Below are positions 1 through 7,734 of a DNA stretch of 12,980 bases, piece after piece. Source of the stretch: Clostridia bacterium (GTDB lineage: Bacteria > Bacillota > Clostridia > Christensenellales > Aristaeellaceae); assembly GCA_045617125.1 (NCBI GenBank), contig JAZLIA010000073.1:1-12980 (forward strand). The letters run 5' to 3'. A program made the translations under genes and the position numbers. The notes under the pieces were generated by a model, which was given only the letters and a program-made list of their open reading frames with translations, had not been told where the DNA came from and ran no database searches. Every line of letters begins with the position of its first letter. Positions within the stretch are counted from its first letter, which is position 1.

Positions 1-2
1 AA

Positions 3-350
3 CATCCCGGAAATGAAGCCTATCTTCTGAAGAAAAAACCGGACGGAAGCTGGATGCTTTACGTTAAGCTCCCGGACGGGTGGACTGCCAATTATGCTTT
101 TTTTGTCCAGCCCGCCTCGCCGGAAGAACTGACATACTTTAAACTCATTGCCATGGATCCGGACATTCCTTTCACACACGATGAGCTCTTTCATCTGCGC
201 ACGGAAGACGGGTACCGGCTTCTCCGGGGACGCACCCTCTGTATAAAAAGCTCTGCCGGAAAGATCGTACGTACGGTAGAGGAAGACGAACTTCCGGATG
301 TCTATGCCCTGTTCGGTCTTACGTATCCTTATACCGTATATAAAACCTGA
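3..350 (+). CDS. Arylamine N-acetyltransferase (NAT family), C-terminal ~115 aa only; the 5' end lies outside the window
   Basis: The frame is open from nt 3 (HPGNEAYLLKKKPDGSW precedes the listed Met at 54), with stop TGA at 348-350. The tail ...NYAFFVQPASPEELTYFKLIAMDPDIPFTHDELFHLRTEDGYRLLRGRTL...EEDELPDVYALFGL follows the conserved NAT C-terminal pattern as I remember it (Y-x-F...P...F...L-x-T-x-DG...L-x-G-x-TL...acidic stretch...FG). The catalytic Cys-His-Asp triad would lie upstream and is not visible. Confidence 0.6.
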   Translation, partial: HPGNEAYLLKKKPDGSWMLYVKLPDGWTANYAFFVQPASPEELTYFKLIAMDPDIPFTHDELFHLRTEDGYRLLRGRTLCIKSSAGKIVRTVEEDELPDVYALFGLTYPYTVYKT

Positions 351-398
351 CAAAACAAAAAAAGAAACTCTGCAGGGGAATGAACTTTATAGAAATGC

Positions 399-1535
399 AT
401 GATCCGGACAAATGAACTGACAATCTATGAAGGAAAACCGTTCGGTAATATCGTGATGAACACTGCTTACCGGGAACTGACCGGACACGGCTTTGTACCC
501 GGAGACAGTGTAGATGTACACTTCAGCAATGGAATCGTTTTGGAGGATATCCCGTTTTTAAGCGGCTGCGTTTTGCCGGAAGGAACGATATGCCTGAACG
601 CATATTCCGGGTTTGACTGGATCCGGGTCGAAAAACGATTCGGATCTGTCTGGGATCTCTGCCTCCTGACAGGAGCGGAAACCGGCAGGATCTTCCTTAA
701 CGGGCATGGGAAATATAAGATCCTTCAGGAAGCCTTTTGTATGGATTTCGCAACCTCCAGAGAAATGTATCCCAATGATGAGTTTTTTACGAATTATCGC
801 TCCCTTTCCGGCGGGAAGATCCGACCGGGAAATATATACCGTTCCACTGCATCTTTCGACCCGATCCATAACGACGGCGATTATTATATCAGGCAAAAAT
901 GTCTGGACAGGCTTATGGAGCGGGATGGCATTCAGTTCGTGCTGAACATGACATGCGGCAGAGAGCAGGCGGAAGAACTCTTTTCCTCCGGGAAATATGA
1001 CGGGTTTTATATCCAAAAGCTTTATGAGGAAGGGAAAGCCTTTTCCGTACAGTTGCCGTCTGATTATCCGGGAACAGAGTTCCGGAATTTACTTGCTGCG
1101 GCGCTTCGTACAATGATCACCCACACAGGGCCGTATCTGATCCAGTGCAGAGCAGGACTGGACAGAACAGGATTTCTCTCCTATCTTCTTGAGGCACTGG
1201 CGGGCGCAGACAGGAAGGAAACCACAGACGATTATATGCGGTCTTTTGAATGCCTTGCGGGATTGACCAGGGACAGGAACCGGAAACAATACGATCTTCT
1301 GCGTCTGTGCCAGGCAGACCGGATCCTGGAAATCCTGACGTACGGGAAAACTGTTCAGCGAAGTCTTTCGGCGATCCTTTCCTGCGGGGAGGGAATTCTC
1401 AAGGAAAACGAGCAGGATCCGATATATGCCGCAGACAGCCTTTCGGTCCCGGCAGCGAACTATCTGCAGGGATGCGGAATGACACCGGAGGAGATCGGTG
1501 AAATCAGGCAGCTCCTGGTTGAATCATTGCTTTGA
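399..1535 (+). CDS. Two-domain protein: an N-terminal SAM_HAT_C-like beta-barrel (aa 1-~105) fused to a Y_phosphatase3-type protein-tyrosine phosphatase domain
   Basis: 378-aa ORF. The phosphatase part has the N-terminal hallmark FTNYRSLSGGKIRPGNIYRS (compare NFRDLGG...lyRS). It has a P-loop C-X5-R, IQCRAGLDRTG, at nt 1146..1166, and DDYMRSFECL (compare DYllSn). The N-terminal part, FGNIVMNTAYRELTGHGFVPGDSVDVHFSNG...PEGTICLNAYSGFDWIRVEKRFGS, resembles the C-terminal barrel of SAM hydroxide adenosyltransferases (DUF62 family). There is no clear SD before ATG 399, so the start is moderately uncertain. Confidence 0.75.
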   Translation: MIRTNELTIYEGKPFGNIVMNTAYRELTGHGFVPGDSVDVHFSNGIVLEDIPFLSGCVLPEGTICLNAYSGFDWIRVEKRFGSVWDLCLLTGAETGRIFLNGHGKYKILQEAFCMDFATSREMYPNDEFFTNYRSLSGGKIRPGNIYRSTASFDPIHNDGDYYIRQKCLDRLMERDGIQFVLNMTCGREQAEELFSSGKYDGFYIQKLYEEGKAFSVQLPSDYPGTEFRNLLAAALRTMITHTGPYLIQCRAGLDRTGFLSYLLEALAGADRKETTDDYMRSFECLAGLTRDRNRKQYDLLRLCQADRILEILTYGKTVQRSLSAILSCGEGILKENEQDPIYAADSLSVPAANYLQGCGMTPEEIGEIRQLLVESLL

Positions 1536-1559
1536 TGAAAATATTTTTACTGAAAGGGT

Positions 1560-3344
1560 ATGGGATCAAGGAAAGAACGGGATCCTGAAGGAATGCGGCA
1601 GCATATGAAAGAATCAACAGATCGTTCCTACCGAAACGCATACACGACGGCGTTCCTTCTGAGAAGCTCCGGCATGATGACCGGCTTTATTGATGGTGTG
1701 CTCACAAGCGCCTTCCTCGGCGCGGAGTCGATGACTGCGTATGGGATCTCGACTCCGTATTTCATGCTGAACAGTCTCCTGAGTTATTCCTTCATCACAG
1801 GCTGCCAGATTCTGTGCACTTCAAAGATCGGAAAGAACCGCACGGAGGAGGCGGAACATATTTTTTCCACGGCTTTGTGGACCTTGTTTGCCCTGTCGAC
1901 CCTGCTGGGGATCATCGGGTTCCTGTTTGCAGAACCATTCGCGGCTTTTCTGGGCGCGAGAAAGGATGCGTCACATCTGGCACCGGTTGCAGCCGGATAT
2001 CTTCGATATTTGTTTGTCGGAAGTGTTTTCCATAATATTTCTTCCGTCGCCTCCGGCGTTTTGCAGATGGACGGCGGCGCAAAGGTCATACGCACAGTAA
2101 GCATCACGACCTGTATGGTGGACATTGCGGGCGATTTACTGAACATATTTGTATTTAAGGGCGGTCTGGCCGGAATGGGACTGGCGACCGCTCTCAGTTA
2201 TGTGAGTGCCGCGATCATGCTGCTGCCCTATTTCTTCCGGAAAAAGAAACTTTTTTCCCCGACACTCAAAAAGATCCGGCTCCGGTATCTTCCGGAAATA
2301 TTGCGTCAGGGATCTTCTCAATCCGTATACGGGCTCGCAGCTTTCGTCGGGAATACGGCAATCAACAGGCTTGTCATCGCGAAATCCGGCCTGGATATTA
2401 TGTTTGCAATGACTGTGTTCAAAAATTTTTCCTTGTTTCTGAATCCGTTCTGCGTAGCTATCGGTGATACCGTGCTGATTTTCATGGGGCTCCGGACCGG
2501 CAATGGAGACAGGGAAGGTGTTGACAGGATCATCCGGGATGTTCGGAGAAGCGTTCTATGGATCTTTGCGCTCGGGTCGCTTGTGATCCTGCTGTCTCGC
2601 CCGCTGGCGCTGCTGTACGCTGCGGACAGTACGGAGACTGCCCTCCGCTGCGCAAGAATTGCGGTGACAGCACTTGGCGTCCAGCTTCCGTTTACCGCGA
2701 TTTTCCTCGCGTCACTGAAAGGATTGCAGGCGTTCCGGAAGTCTGCAATTTGTTCCATCATGAATCTGGCAAAAGCGTGTGTATTCCCTTACGGTTTGCT
2801 GCTGCTCTTTGCAGGCGCTAAGGCTTTTGTGGTATTTGGCGCACTCACAGGTGCCGAAATCCTTGCTGCGGTTCTGACTATGATGATATTCCTGAAGGAA
2901 AAGCAGAACAGCCCGCTGCTGAAGATTCCGGAAACAAACATCATCAGCGCGGATGTTTCCTCCGTTGCCGAGGCCGTTGTTCTTTCCGAATCGACAGCGG
3001 CATTCTGTACAAAAAACGGCTTGAATTCAAAGCTGTGCTATTTTGTCCCGCTGTGTGTCGAGGAATTGTCCATTTGCCTGATTCATCTGGCAGGAGAAAA
3101 CAAAGTGAAAAATCCTGCTGTACATGTGAGGATCCTGCTGCGCGACCGGGAGCTGACCATGAGTTTTCGAGACAACAGCCCGCTGAATGATCTGCAAAAG
3201 AGAGCGGAGGAATGGTCTTTGCATGACGACCGGCCGGAACGGTTTATTGGTATGCGGATGGCACTGAAGCTGGCGGATGGGTTCAGATATATCCCGTTGA
3301 TGGATGAAAATAACACGATGATCACTTTTCGCGTTACTCCTTGA
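1560..3344 (+). CDS. MATE-like polytopic membrane protein (aa ~25-450) with a C-terminal GHKL/HATPase_c_2-like (anti-sigma Ser-kinase-like) domain (aa ~455-594) that appears degenerate
   Basis: 594-aa ORF starting 24 nt after the preceding stop. The N-terminal region is hydrophobic and MatE-like with many TM segments. The C-terminal 140 aa are soluble and follow an N-box/G1/G2-like layout (CVEELSICLIH, VHVRILLRDRELTMSFRDNSPL, ERFIGMRMALKLAD, NNTMITFRV). The start is ambiguous. ATG 1560 has AAAGGG only 1 nt upstream. The in-frame ATG 1605 (MKEST...) has GAAGGAA about 11 nt upstream. Confidence 0.7.
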   Translation: MGSRKERDPEGMRQHMKESTDRSYRNAYTTAFLLRSSGMMTGFIDGVLTSAFLGAESMTAYGISTPYFMLNSLLSYSFITGCQILCTSKIGKNRTEEAEHIFSTALWTLFALSTLLGIIGFLFAEPFAAFLGARKDASHLAPVAAGYLRYLFVGSVFHNISSVASGVLQMDGGAKVIRTVSITTCMVDIAGDLLNIFVFKGGLAGMGLATALSYVSAAIMLLPYFFRKKKLFSPTLKKIRLRYLPEILRQGSSQSVYGLAAFVGNTAINRLVIAKSGLDIMFAMTVFKNFSLFLNPFCVAIGDTVLIFMGLRTGNGDREGVDRIIRDVRRSVLWIFALGSLVILLSRPLALLYAADSTETALRCARIAVTALGVQLPFTAIFLASLKGLQAFRKSAICSIMNLAKACVFPYGLLLLFAGAKAFVVFGALTGAEILAAVLTMMIFLKEKQNSPLLKIPETNIISADVSSVAEAVVLSESTAAFCTKNGLNSKLCYFVPLCVEELSICLIHLAGENKVKNPAVHVRILLRDRELTMSFRDNSPLNDLQKRAEEWSLHDDRPERFIGMRMALKLADGFRYIPLMDENNTMITFRVTP

Positions 3345-4164
3345 TGCCGCTGCCTGCCACAGCGGTCACGATCTGTTTTCTCACACAGAAAAACAAAAGC
3401 AGCATTGGCAGGATCCCCATTGTGGCGGCTGCCAGAATGACTTCTGTGTTTGAACCGCTCTCGGTTGTAAAAGTAAACAGACCGTAAGGCAATGTGCGGA
3501 GTTCATCCCGCGCAATGACAAGTTTTGGCCACATAAAATTGTTCCAGGATCCCATGGCGTTCAGCAGCAGGATCGTTACGATGCACGGACGCGCCATGGG
3601 GACCATTACATTCCAAAGGTAGTACCAGTTTCCGGCCCCATCCATCCGTGCGGCGCTGTACAGGTCTTCCGGGATGGACCGGAAGTAACCATACAGGATA
3701 TACGTATAGTAAACGGAGCTTGTGAACGGGATGATCAGCGCGTATAACGTGTCGTACAAACCTGTTTTGACGATCGTCCGGTAATTGATGATGATGAGCA
3801 GTTCAAACGGGATCATCATCATGCTGAGCAGCAGTGTGAGCAGCTGACTGCGTCCCGGAAAGCGAAAATGAGAAAATGCAAACGCAGCGAGGATCGTGGT
3901 GAAGAGAACGATTCCTGAGTTGACAACGCAGACGATGACACTGTTCAGCAGATATCTGCCGAACGGAGCGGTGTTTAATGCCTTTGTATAATTATAAAAG
4001 TTGGTCCAGTCACGGGGGATCATTTCCGGCGGAAAAAGGTTCATTTCCGGGGCGGTTTTCAGGGAAGAAACGATCATCCAGTAAAAAGGGAATACCATAA
4101 TGATCGCGCCTGCGGTGAGAACCATGTATATTACGGCTTTGCGGGCGATTCTCTTTGCCATCAT
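3334..4164 (-). CDS. Carbohydrate ABC transporter permease (MalG/UgpE-like, CUT1 family)
   Basis: The listed ORF runs to 4266, but the in-frame ATG at 4162-4164 (MMAKRIARKAV...) has AGGAGG at 4170-4175 with a 5-nt spacer, directly after the upstream gene's stop (4175-4177). It has 6 TM-like segments and the EAA loop YSAARMDGAGNWYYLWNVMVPMARP. Confidence 0.88.
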   Translation of the reverse strand: MMAKRIARKAVIYMVLTAGAIIMVFPFYWMIVSSLKTAPEMNLFPPEMIPRDWTNFYNYTKALNTAPFGRYLLNSVIVCVVNSGIVLFTTILAAFAFSHFRFPGRSQLLTLLLSMMMIPFELLIIINYRTIVKTGLYDTLYALIIPFTSSVYYTYILYGYFRSIPEDLYSAARMDGAGNWYYLWNVMVPMARPCIVTILLLNAMGSWNNFMWPKLVIARDELRTLPYGLFTFTTESGSNTEVILAAATMGILPMLLLFFCVRKQIVTAVAGSGIKE

Positions 4165-4174
4165 CACTGCCTCC

Positions 4175-5707
4175 TCAATAGTATACTTCTTTGCGGCGGA
4201 TCCGCTTTTGCACCAGAGTGAACACAAAAACAATTGCAAACAGCACCATGGCTGCTGCTGCGGCATAGCCCAGTGAATGCGTGCCGTCGGAAGTGGTTAT
4301 GTTGTTGTATATATACAGAGTCACCGTCTCCATGCCATAGAGCTGTGGAAAGCCGTTCCACAGCATAATGACCTCTGTGTAGACTTTGAACGCGGTAATG
4401 GCATTGATCATCAGCACAAAACCGATGGCGGGGGCGAGCAGGGGAAGCGTGATGCGAGTGAACAAATGCAGGGAACCGCATCCATCCACTCTGGCGGCAT
4501 CATACAGATTTTCATCGATCTTCTGCAGACCGGAAAGCATCAGGATGATGGTGAAGGGGAGCGTGCTCCATATGCCGTAAACGATAAGCACCGCCATGGA
4601 AACGGAATGATTGCCGGATTGCAGCCAGTTGACCGGACCTGCACCGAAAAAGCCGAGAATCGAATTAATGAGACCAAAATCCCGGTTAAACATCCATCTC
4701 CATACAAGACCGACGGCAGTGGCAGTGGTGACCATCGGAACCATGTAGGCTGTTTGAAAAACGGAGATCATGCGGATCTTCTGATTTAACAGAACCGCGA
4801 AGATGATCGCCAGAACCGCTGTGAGCGGTACGGTGATAAAGGCATAGAGTGCGGTATTCCTGAGAGCCCGTGCAAAGACATTTGTGGTTCCGGGAATCCC
4901 GTGCAGAACATAACTGTAATTGCCGAGCCCCCAGCGAACGAATTCACCCGTGCCGCCGGTTCCCTGCCTGTAATTTTCCTGGAATGACATGACCAGTACA
5001 CGGATCCCCGGATAAAATGTAAACACGGCGATACCCAGAAGAAAAGGAAACAAATAATCCAGCGGTTCCAGCGCAAGCCCCACGGCCGCACGACCCGCTT
5101 CGTCACGCGTGGTCCATAAAAAGATGAGGATCGCTGCAAAGACGATCAGTGCAGCGCCGAGAAAAAGCAGCGTTCCCCCATAGTATTTGAGTACATAAAA
5201 ACGTGTGGACGCGGCTGACATGCTCTCGCGGACACTCGAAGCGTTTACACCGGAGACCGCGGCGTCAGCATCTGCAGTGATCTGTTTTTTGATGTCTTCC
5301 CGTACAGACAGAACGGTTCTCTCAATACGGGAACCCGTTTCGTTCCCGCCCAGTTTGGTTTTTACGCTTTCCAGATAAGTGTCGATGGCGGTATCAATGA
5401 CCGCATCTTCATCTTCAGGGATACCGCCTTCCAGAAGAGCCTTCACGCTTTTGCGTTTTGCGCTGAAGGCGTTGTCGATGGCTTTCCGTTCTTTCGCATC
5501 GCCGGTGATATCCTTCATAACGTCCTTGAGACGTATCTGTATCCCCTCGTGAATCGCGGAAATGCGCACAGGGATGATACGGGTTTCCATCTCGGAGCGG
5601 AGCATGATCTCGCCTGCAACACCAAGGCCCGCCAGCAGCACGCCCAAAACTGCGAATAACCGGATATGTAAGATAAGACGCGTTATGCCGCTCCGGGAAT
5701 GTCTCAT
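4175..5707 (-). CDS. Carbohydrate ABC transporter permease (MalF/UgpA-like, CUT1 family) with an extra ~210-aa N-terminal module (TM, ~145-aa hydrophilic loop, TM)
   Basis: 510 aa. AGGAGG at 5713-5718 sits 5 nt before ATG 5705-5707. The canonical permease core starts near aa 211 (LALEPLDYLFPFLLGIAVFTFYPGIRVLVMSF). The EAA loop is YDAARVDGCGSLHLFTRITLPLLAP. Confidence 0.88.
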   Translation of the reverse strand: MRHSRSGITRLILHIRLFAVLGVLLAGLGVAGEIMLRSEMETRIIPVRISAIHEGIQIRLKDVMKDITGDAKERKAIDNAFSAKRKSVKALLEGGIPEDEDAVIDTAIDTYLESVKTKLGGNETGSRIERTVLSVREDIKKQITADADAAVSGVNASSVRESMSAASTRFYVLKYYGGTLLFLGAALIVFAAILIFLWTTRDEAGRAAVGLALEPLDYLFPFLLGIAVFTFYPGIRVLVMSFQENYRQGTGGTGEFVRWGLGNYSYVLHGIPGTTNVFARALRNTALYAFITVPLTAVLAIIFAVLLNQKIRMISVFQTAYMVPMVTTATAVGLVWRWMFNRDFGLINSILGFFGAGPVNWLQSGNHSVSMAVLIVYGIWSTLPFTIILMLSGLQKIDENLYDAARVDGCGSLHLFTRITLPLLAPAIGFVLMINAITAFKVYTEVIMLWNGFPQLYGMETVTLYIYNNITTSDGTHSLGYAAAAAMVLFAIVFVFTLVQKRIRRKEVYY

Positions 5708-5728
5708 TTGATCCTCCTGCCGGGGGGC

Positions 5729-7069
5729 TTATTTGCCTTGCAGGGCGGCATTACATTTGATTTCGCATTCATGCATGGCGTCTTCAACGGAAATCCCGTT
5801 GTTTACAATATTCATAACGGCATTGACCATCTCGTCGCGGACGGTGGAGGAGCCGGGGATCGTGGGCAGAGAACCTGCAATATCAAGGTGTGAGGCCACG
5901 GCGCTTAAAGCCTGGATGGCAGCTGTGCTGCCGTTCATGAATTCCTGATAGGATTCCAGTTCACGGGTCCAGGAGTAAGGAGGGATTGCGGTGATGGCTT
6001 TGTTCCAGTCAAGATTAATCTCAGGGGAAATAAAATGACGGATGAACTCATAAGTGCCCTCGGCCCGGGCGTCGTCGCCATAGAAGAAGGCGATCGGCCC
6101 GCAGTTCCAGCTGGGATACCAGGTCTGCGCAGGAACAGGCGCCATACGAAACTCAAATCCGTCCGGCTTGACATAGGGATAGCCACCACAGGAGGCTACG
6201 AAGGATGCTACAATGCCGTTGCCAAAATCCGTAGAGAAGTAATCTGAAGTGGCTTTCAGCCGGAACAATCCTTCCTTTACACAGTCGGTGAACCACCGGA
6301 CCTTCTCCCGCATTTCCGGCGTATTGAAGCCGATGCATTGATTCTCAACATCAATATAGGTGCAGCCTTCTGTTTCCATGATGAGCATCTGGATACAGTC
6401 CGGCAGACACTCGACACCCAAACCGGGCAGCCCTTTCTTTTCTTTGATAATGCGGCAGTTTTCGGCCAGCTCTTCCCATGTAGAAGGAACGGTAAGACCA
6501 AGCTCGTCATACAGTGTGGCGTTGTAATACAGAATGGGACCGGTAGTGTAGGAAGGAAGATAATGAATCAGCCCATCGGAAAAACCGTTGACTTCAACGT
6601 TCATCACTTCCTGAGAGAGGGAAGTCTCAAAGGCTTTCGCAAACTCTTCGTCAGCGTAAATGTACTGGCTGAGATCAACGAGCTGTCCGTCTGCCACGTA
6701 ATTGGCAGCTTCGGTGGCATAATTGATGATGATATCCGGACCGACACCGTTCCGCACTGCCGTTCTTACCGTGTCGGTGAAGCCGGCATAGGGTTGACTG
6801 ATCACATCGACCCGATATTTATCAGACTTTGCATTGAAACTGTCTGCTGCACTGACAAGACTGTCTTCCTGAACGCCTGTAAAGGAATGCCAGATCGTAA
6901 TGCCAACCTTGTCTTCCTCAGCGGCAACACAGGATGCCTCTGCCGCATCTATGGGGGCGGGCTTGCTGACAGCTTTGCCGCAACCGCCGAGAAAGAAGCT
7001 CAGCACCGAAAAAGCCAGGATAAAACATACCATTCTTTTCTTTTTCCTTGTCATTCCTCCGCTTGTCAT
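5729..7069 (-). CDS. Extracellular solute-binding lipoprotein of a sugar ABC transporter (SBP family 1)
   Basis: 446 aa. The N-terminus, MTSGGMTRKKKRMVCFILAFSVLSFFLGGC, is a basic n-region followed by a hydrophobic core and a lipobox L-G-G-C (Cys30, nt 6980-6982). The body has a typical family 1 SBP pattern (ITIWHSF..., ...GPDII..., aromatic-rich C-terminal half). AGGAGG at 7081-7086 sits 11 nt before ATG 7069. Alternative in-frame starts exist at 7054 and 7033. Confidence 0.85.
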   Translation of the reverse strand: MTSGGMTRKKKRMVCFILAFSVLSFFLGGCGKAVSKPAPIDAAEASCVAAEEDKVGITIWHSFTGVQEDSLVSAADSFNAKSDKYRVDVISQPYAGFTDTVRTAVRNGVGPDIIINYATEAANYVADGQLVDLSQYIYADEEFAKAFETSLSQEVMNVEVNGFSDGLIHYLPSYTTGPILYYNATLYDELGLTVPSTWEELAENCRIIKEKKGLPGLGVECLPDCIQMLIMETEGCTYIDVENQCIGFNTPEMREKVRWFTDCVKEGLFRLKATSDYFSTDFGNGIVASFVASCGGYPYVKPDGFEFRMAPVPAQTWYPSWNCGPIAFFYGDDARAEGTYEFIRHFISPEINLDWNKAITAIPPYSWTRELESYQEFMNGSTAAIQALSAVASHLDIAGSLPTIPGSSTVRDEMVNAVMNIVNNGISVEDAMHECEIKCNAALQGK

Positions 7070-7149
7070 TTTCTACGCTGCCTCCTTTTCTTTCTATTTC
7101 TGTTTCGTCCACATATCAAACCATTGCGCGTTCCCTGATCTCTTGTCTG

Positions 7150-7158
7150 ATCATATCA
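7150..7158 (-). promoter_or_regulatory. Candidate extended -10 element (TGaTATGAT) for the sugar ABC operon
   Basis: The minus strand reads ...gcgTGaTATGATcag..., about 80 nt upstream of the SBP start. No good -35 is present. Motif match only. Confidence 0.25.
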
Positions 7159-7231
7159 CGCATGAGGCTTCTCTGCGGGGAAGATCGTACGCACTGCACA
7201 GGGTACGGATCCCGGTTTTCTCAGGGGCCGG

Positions 7232-7726
7232 TCACTCCGGCCGTTTCATGCCGATGGAAGCAAGCACTTCGTCGGTATCCTGCCCGATCCAGTGAGCCTG
7301 TTCCGTCTTTTTCCTTTCCATGCAGCCCATGTCGAATACGCTGGCAGGGACCACATCCACGTTGCCGTTGGGATACTCCACCTTTTCCAGATATCCGTTG
7401 GCCCAGGCCTGCTCGTCATTTGCCATGTCGCGATAATGCGGCATGATGGTAAGCGCCACGTCAAATTCCGCAGCCAGTCTGTTCCACTCCGTGGATGTCT
7501 TCTGCTTACTGAGAGTCCTTTCCATCAAAAATGTCCTTCCGAGTTCGGACAGCTTTCTCCGGTAACTTTTCACGCAGCCAAAATACAGATTTTTGCAGAG
7601 CTGCTGTGTGATGGTGCTGCCCCCGAATCCTCTTTTTCCGGTCCTCAGGTTCATCCACAACGCTTCCATGATCGCTTTCGGCTGTATTCCGTGATGCCTG
7701 TAAAATGAAAAATCTTCGATCAGGTA
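7232..7726 (-). pseudogene. Chimeric gene remnant: a GT51 peptidoglycan transglycosylase fragment (~70 aa) fused in frame to the C-terminal ~90 aa of a family III (CaiB/BaiF/Frc-type) CoA-transferase
   Basis: The open frame runs from the stop at 7727-7729 down to the TGA at 7232-7234. The 5' part reads YLIEDFSFYRHHGIQPKAIMEALWMNLRTGKRGFGGSTITQQLCKNLYFGCVKSYRRKLSELGRTFLMERTLSK. This carries the GT51 motifs ED-x-x-F-x-x-H-x-G, GGSTITQQ and RK-x-x-E. From about nt 7500 it switches to KTSTEWNRLAAEFDVALTIMPHYRDMANDEQAWANGYLEKVEYPNGNVDVVPASVFD...AHWIGQDTDEVLASIGM. That matches the CoA_transf_3 C-terminus (compare KTkeE...ANDPsL...G-E-H-T-D-E-V-L-x-E-L-G). Both families are normally far longer, and the first Met (7669) has no SD. 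Confidence 0.6.
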
Positions 7727-7734
7727 TCAGTTCC

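Noticed and set aside
4165-4266. N-terminal extensions of listed ORFs: 4165-4266 for the MalG-like gene, 8054-8206 for AraC, 11147-11203 for the reductase
   Set aside because: The extensions overlap the preceding gene or an intergenic region and add Cys/Leu-rich or otherwise non-domain sequence. For the MalG-like and reductase genes the internal ATG has a canonical AGGAGG at the right spacing. For AraC no SD is visible, and the internal start rests only on where the cupin-like domain begins.
6338-7138. A 266-aa ORF on the + strand, plus other antisense or overlapping ORFs such as 558..1016, 2318..2761, 4277..4789 and 7292..7708
   Set aside because: All are embedded in or opposite to CDSs with strong family signatures and SD-supported starts. 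None shows a motif or an SD of its own.
7112-7158. Short direct repeats in the SBP upstream region (CATATCA x2, CTGATC x2) and a cre-like GGGAACGCGCAATG, considered as regulator or CcpA sites
   Set aside because: Repeats of 6-7 nt are expected by chance in about 160 bp. The cre-like string misses the conserved TG and CA ends of the consensus.
7183-7211. Imperfect inverted repeat GATCGTAC-(12 nt)-GTACgGATC downstream of the chimeric remnant, considered as a possible terminator
   Set aside because: The stem is short and bulged, the loop is 12 nt, and on the minus strand no U-tract follows (ttcccc). This is not convincing as an intrinsic terminator.
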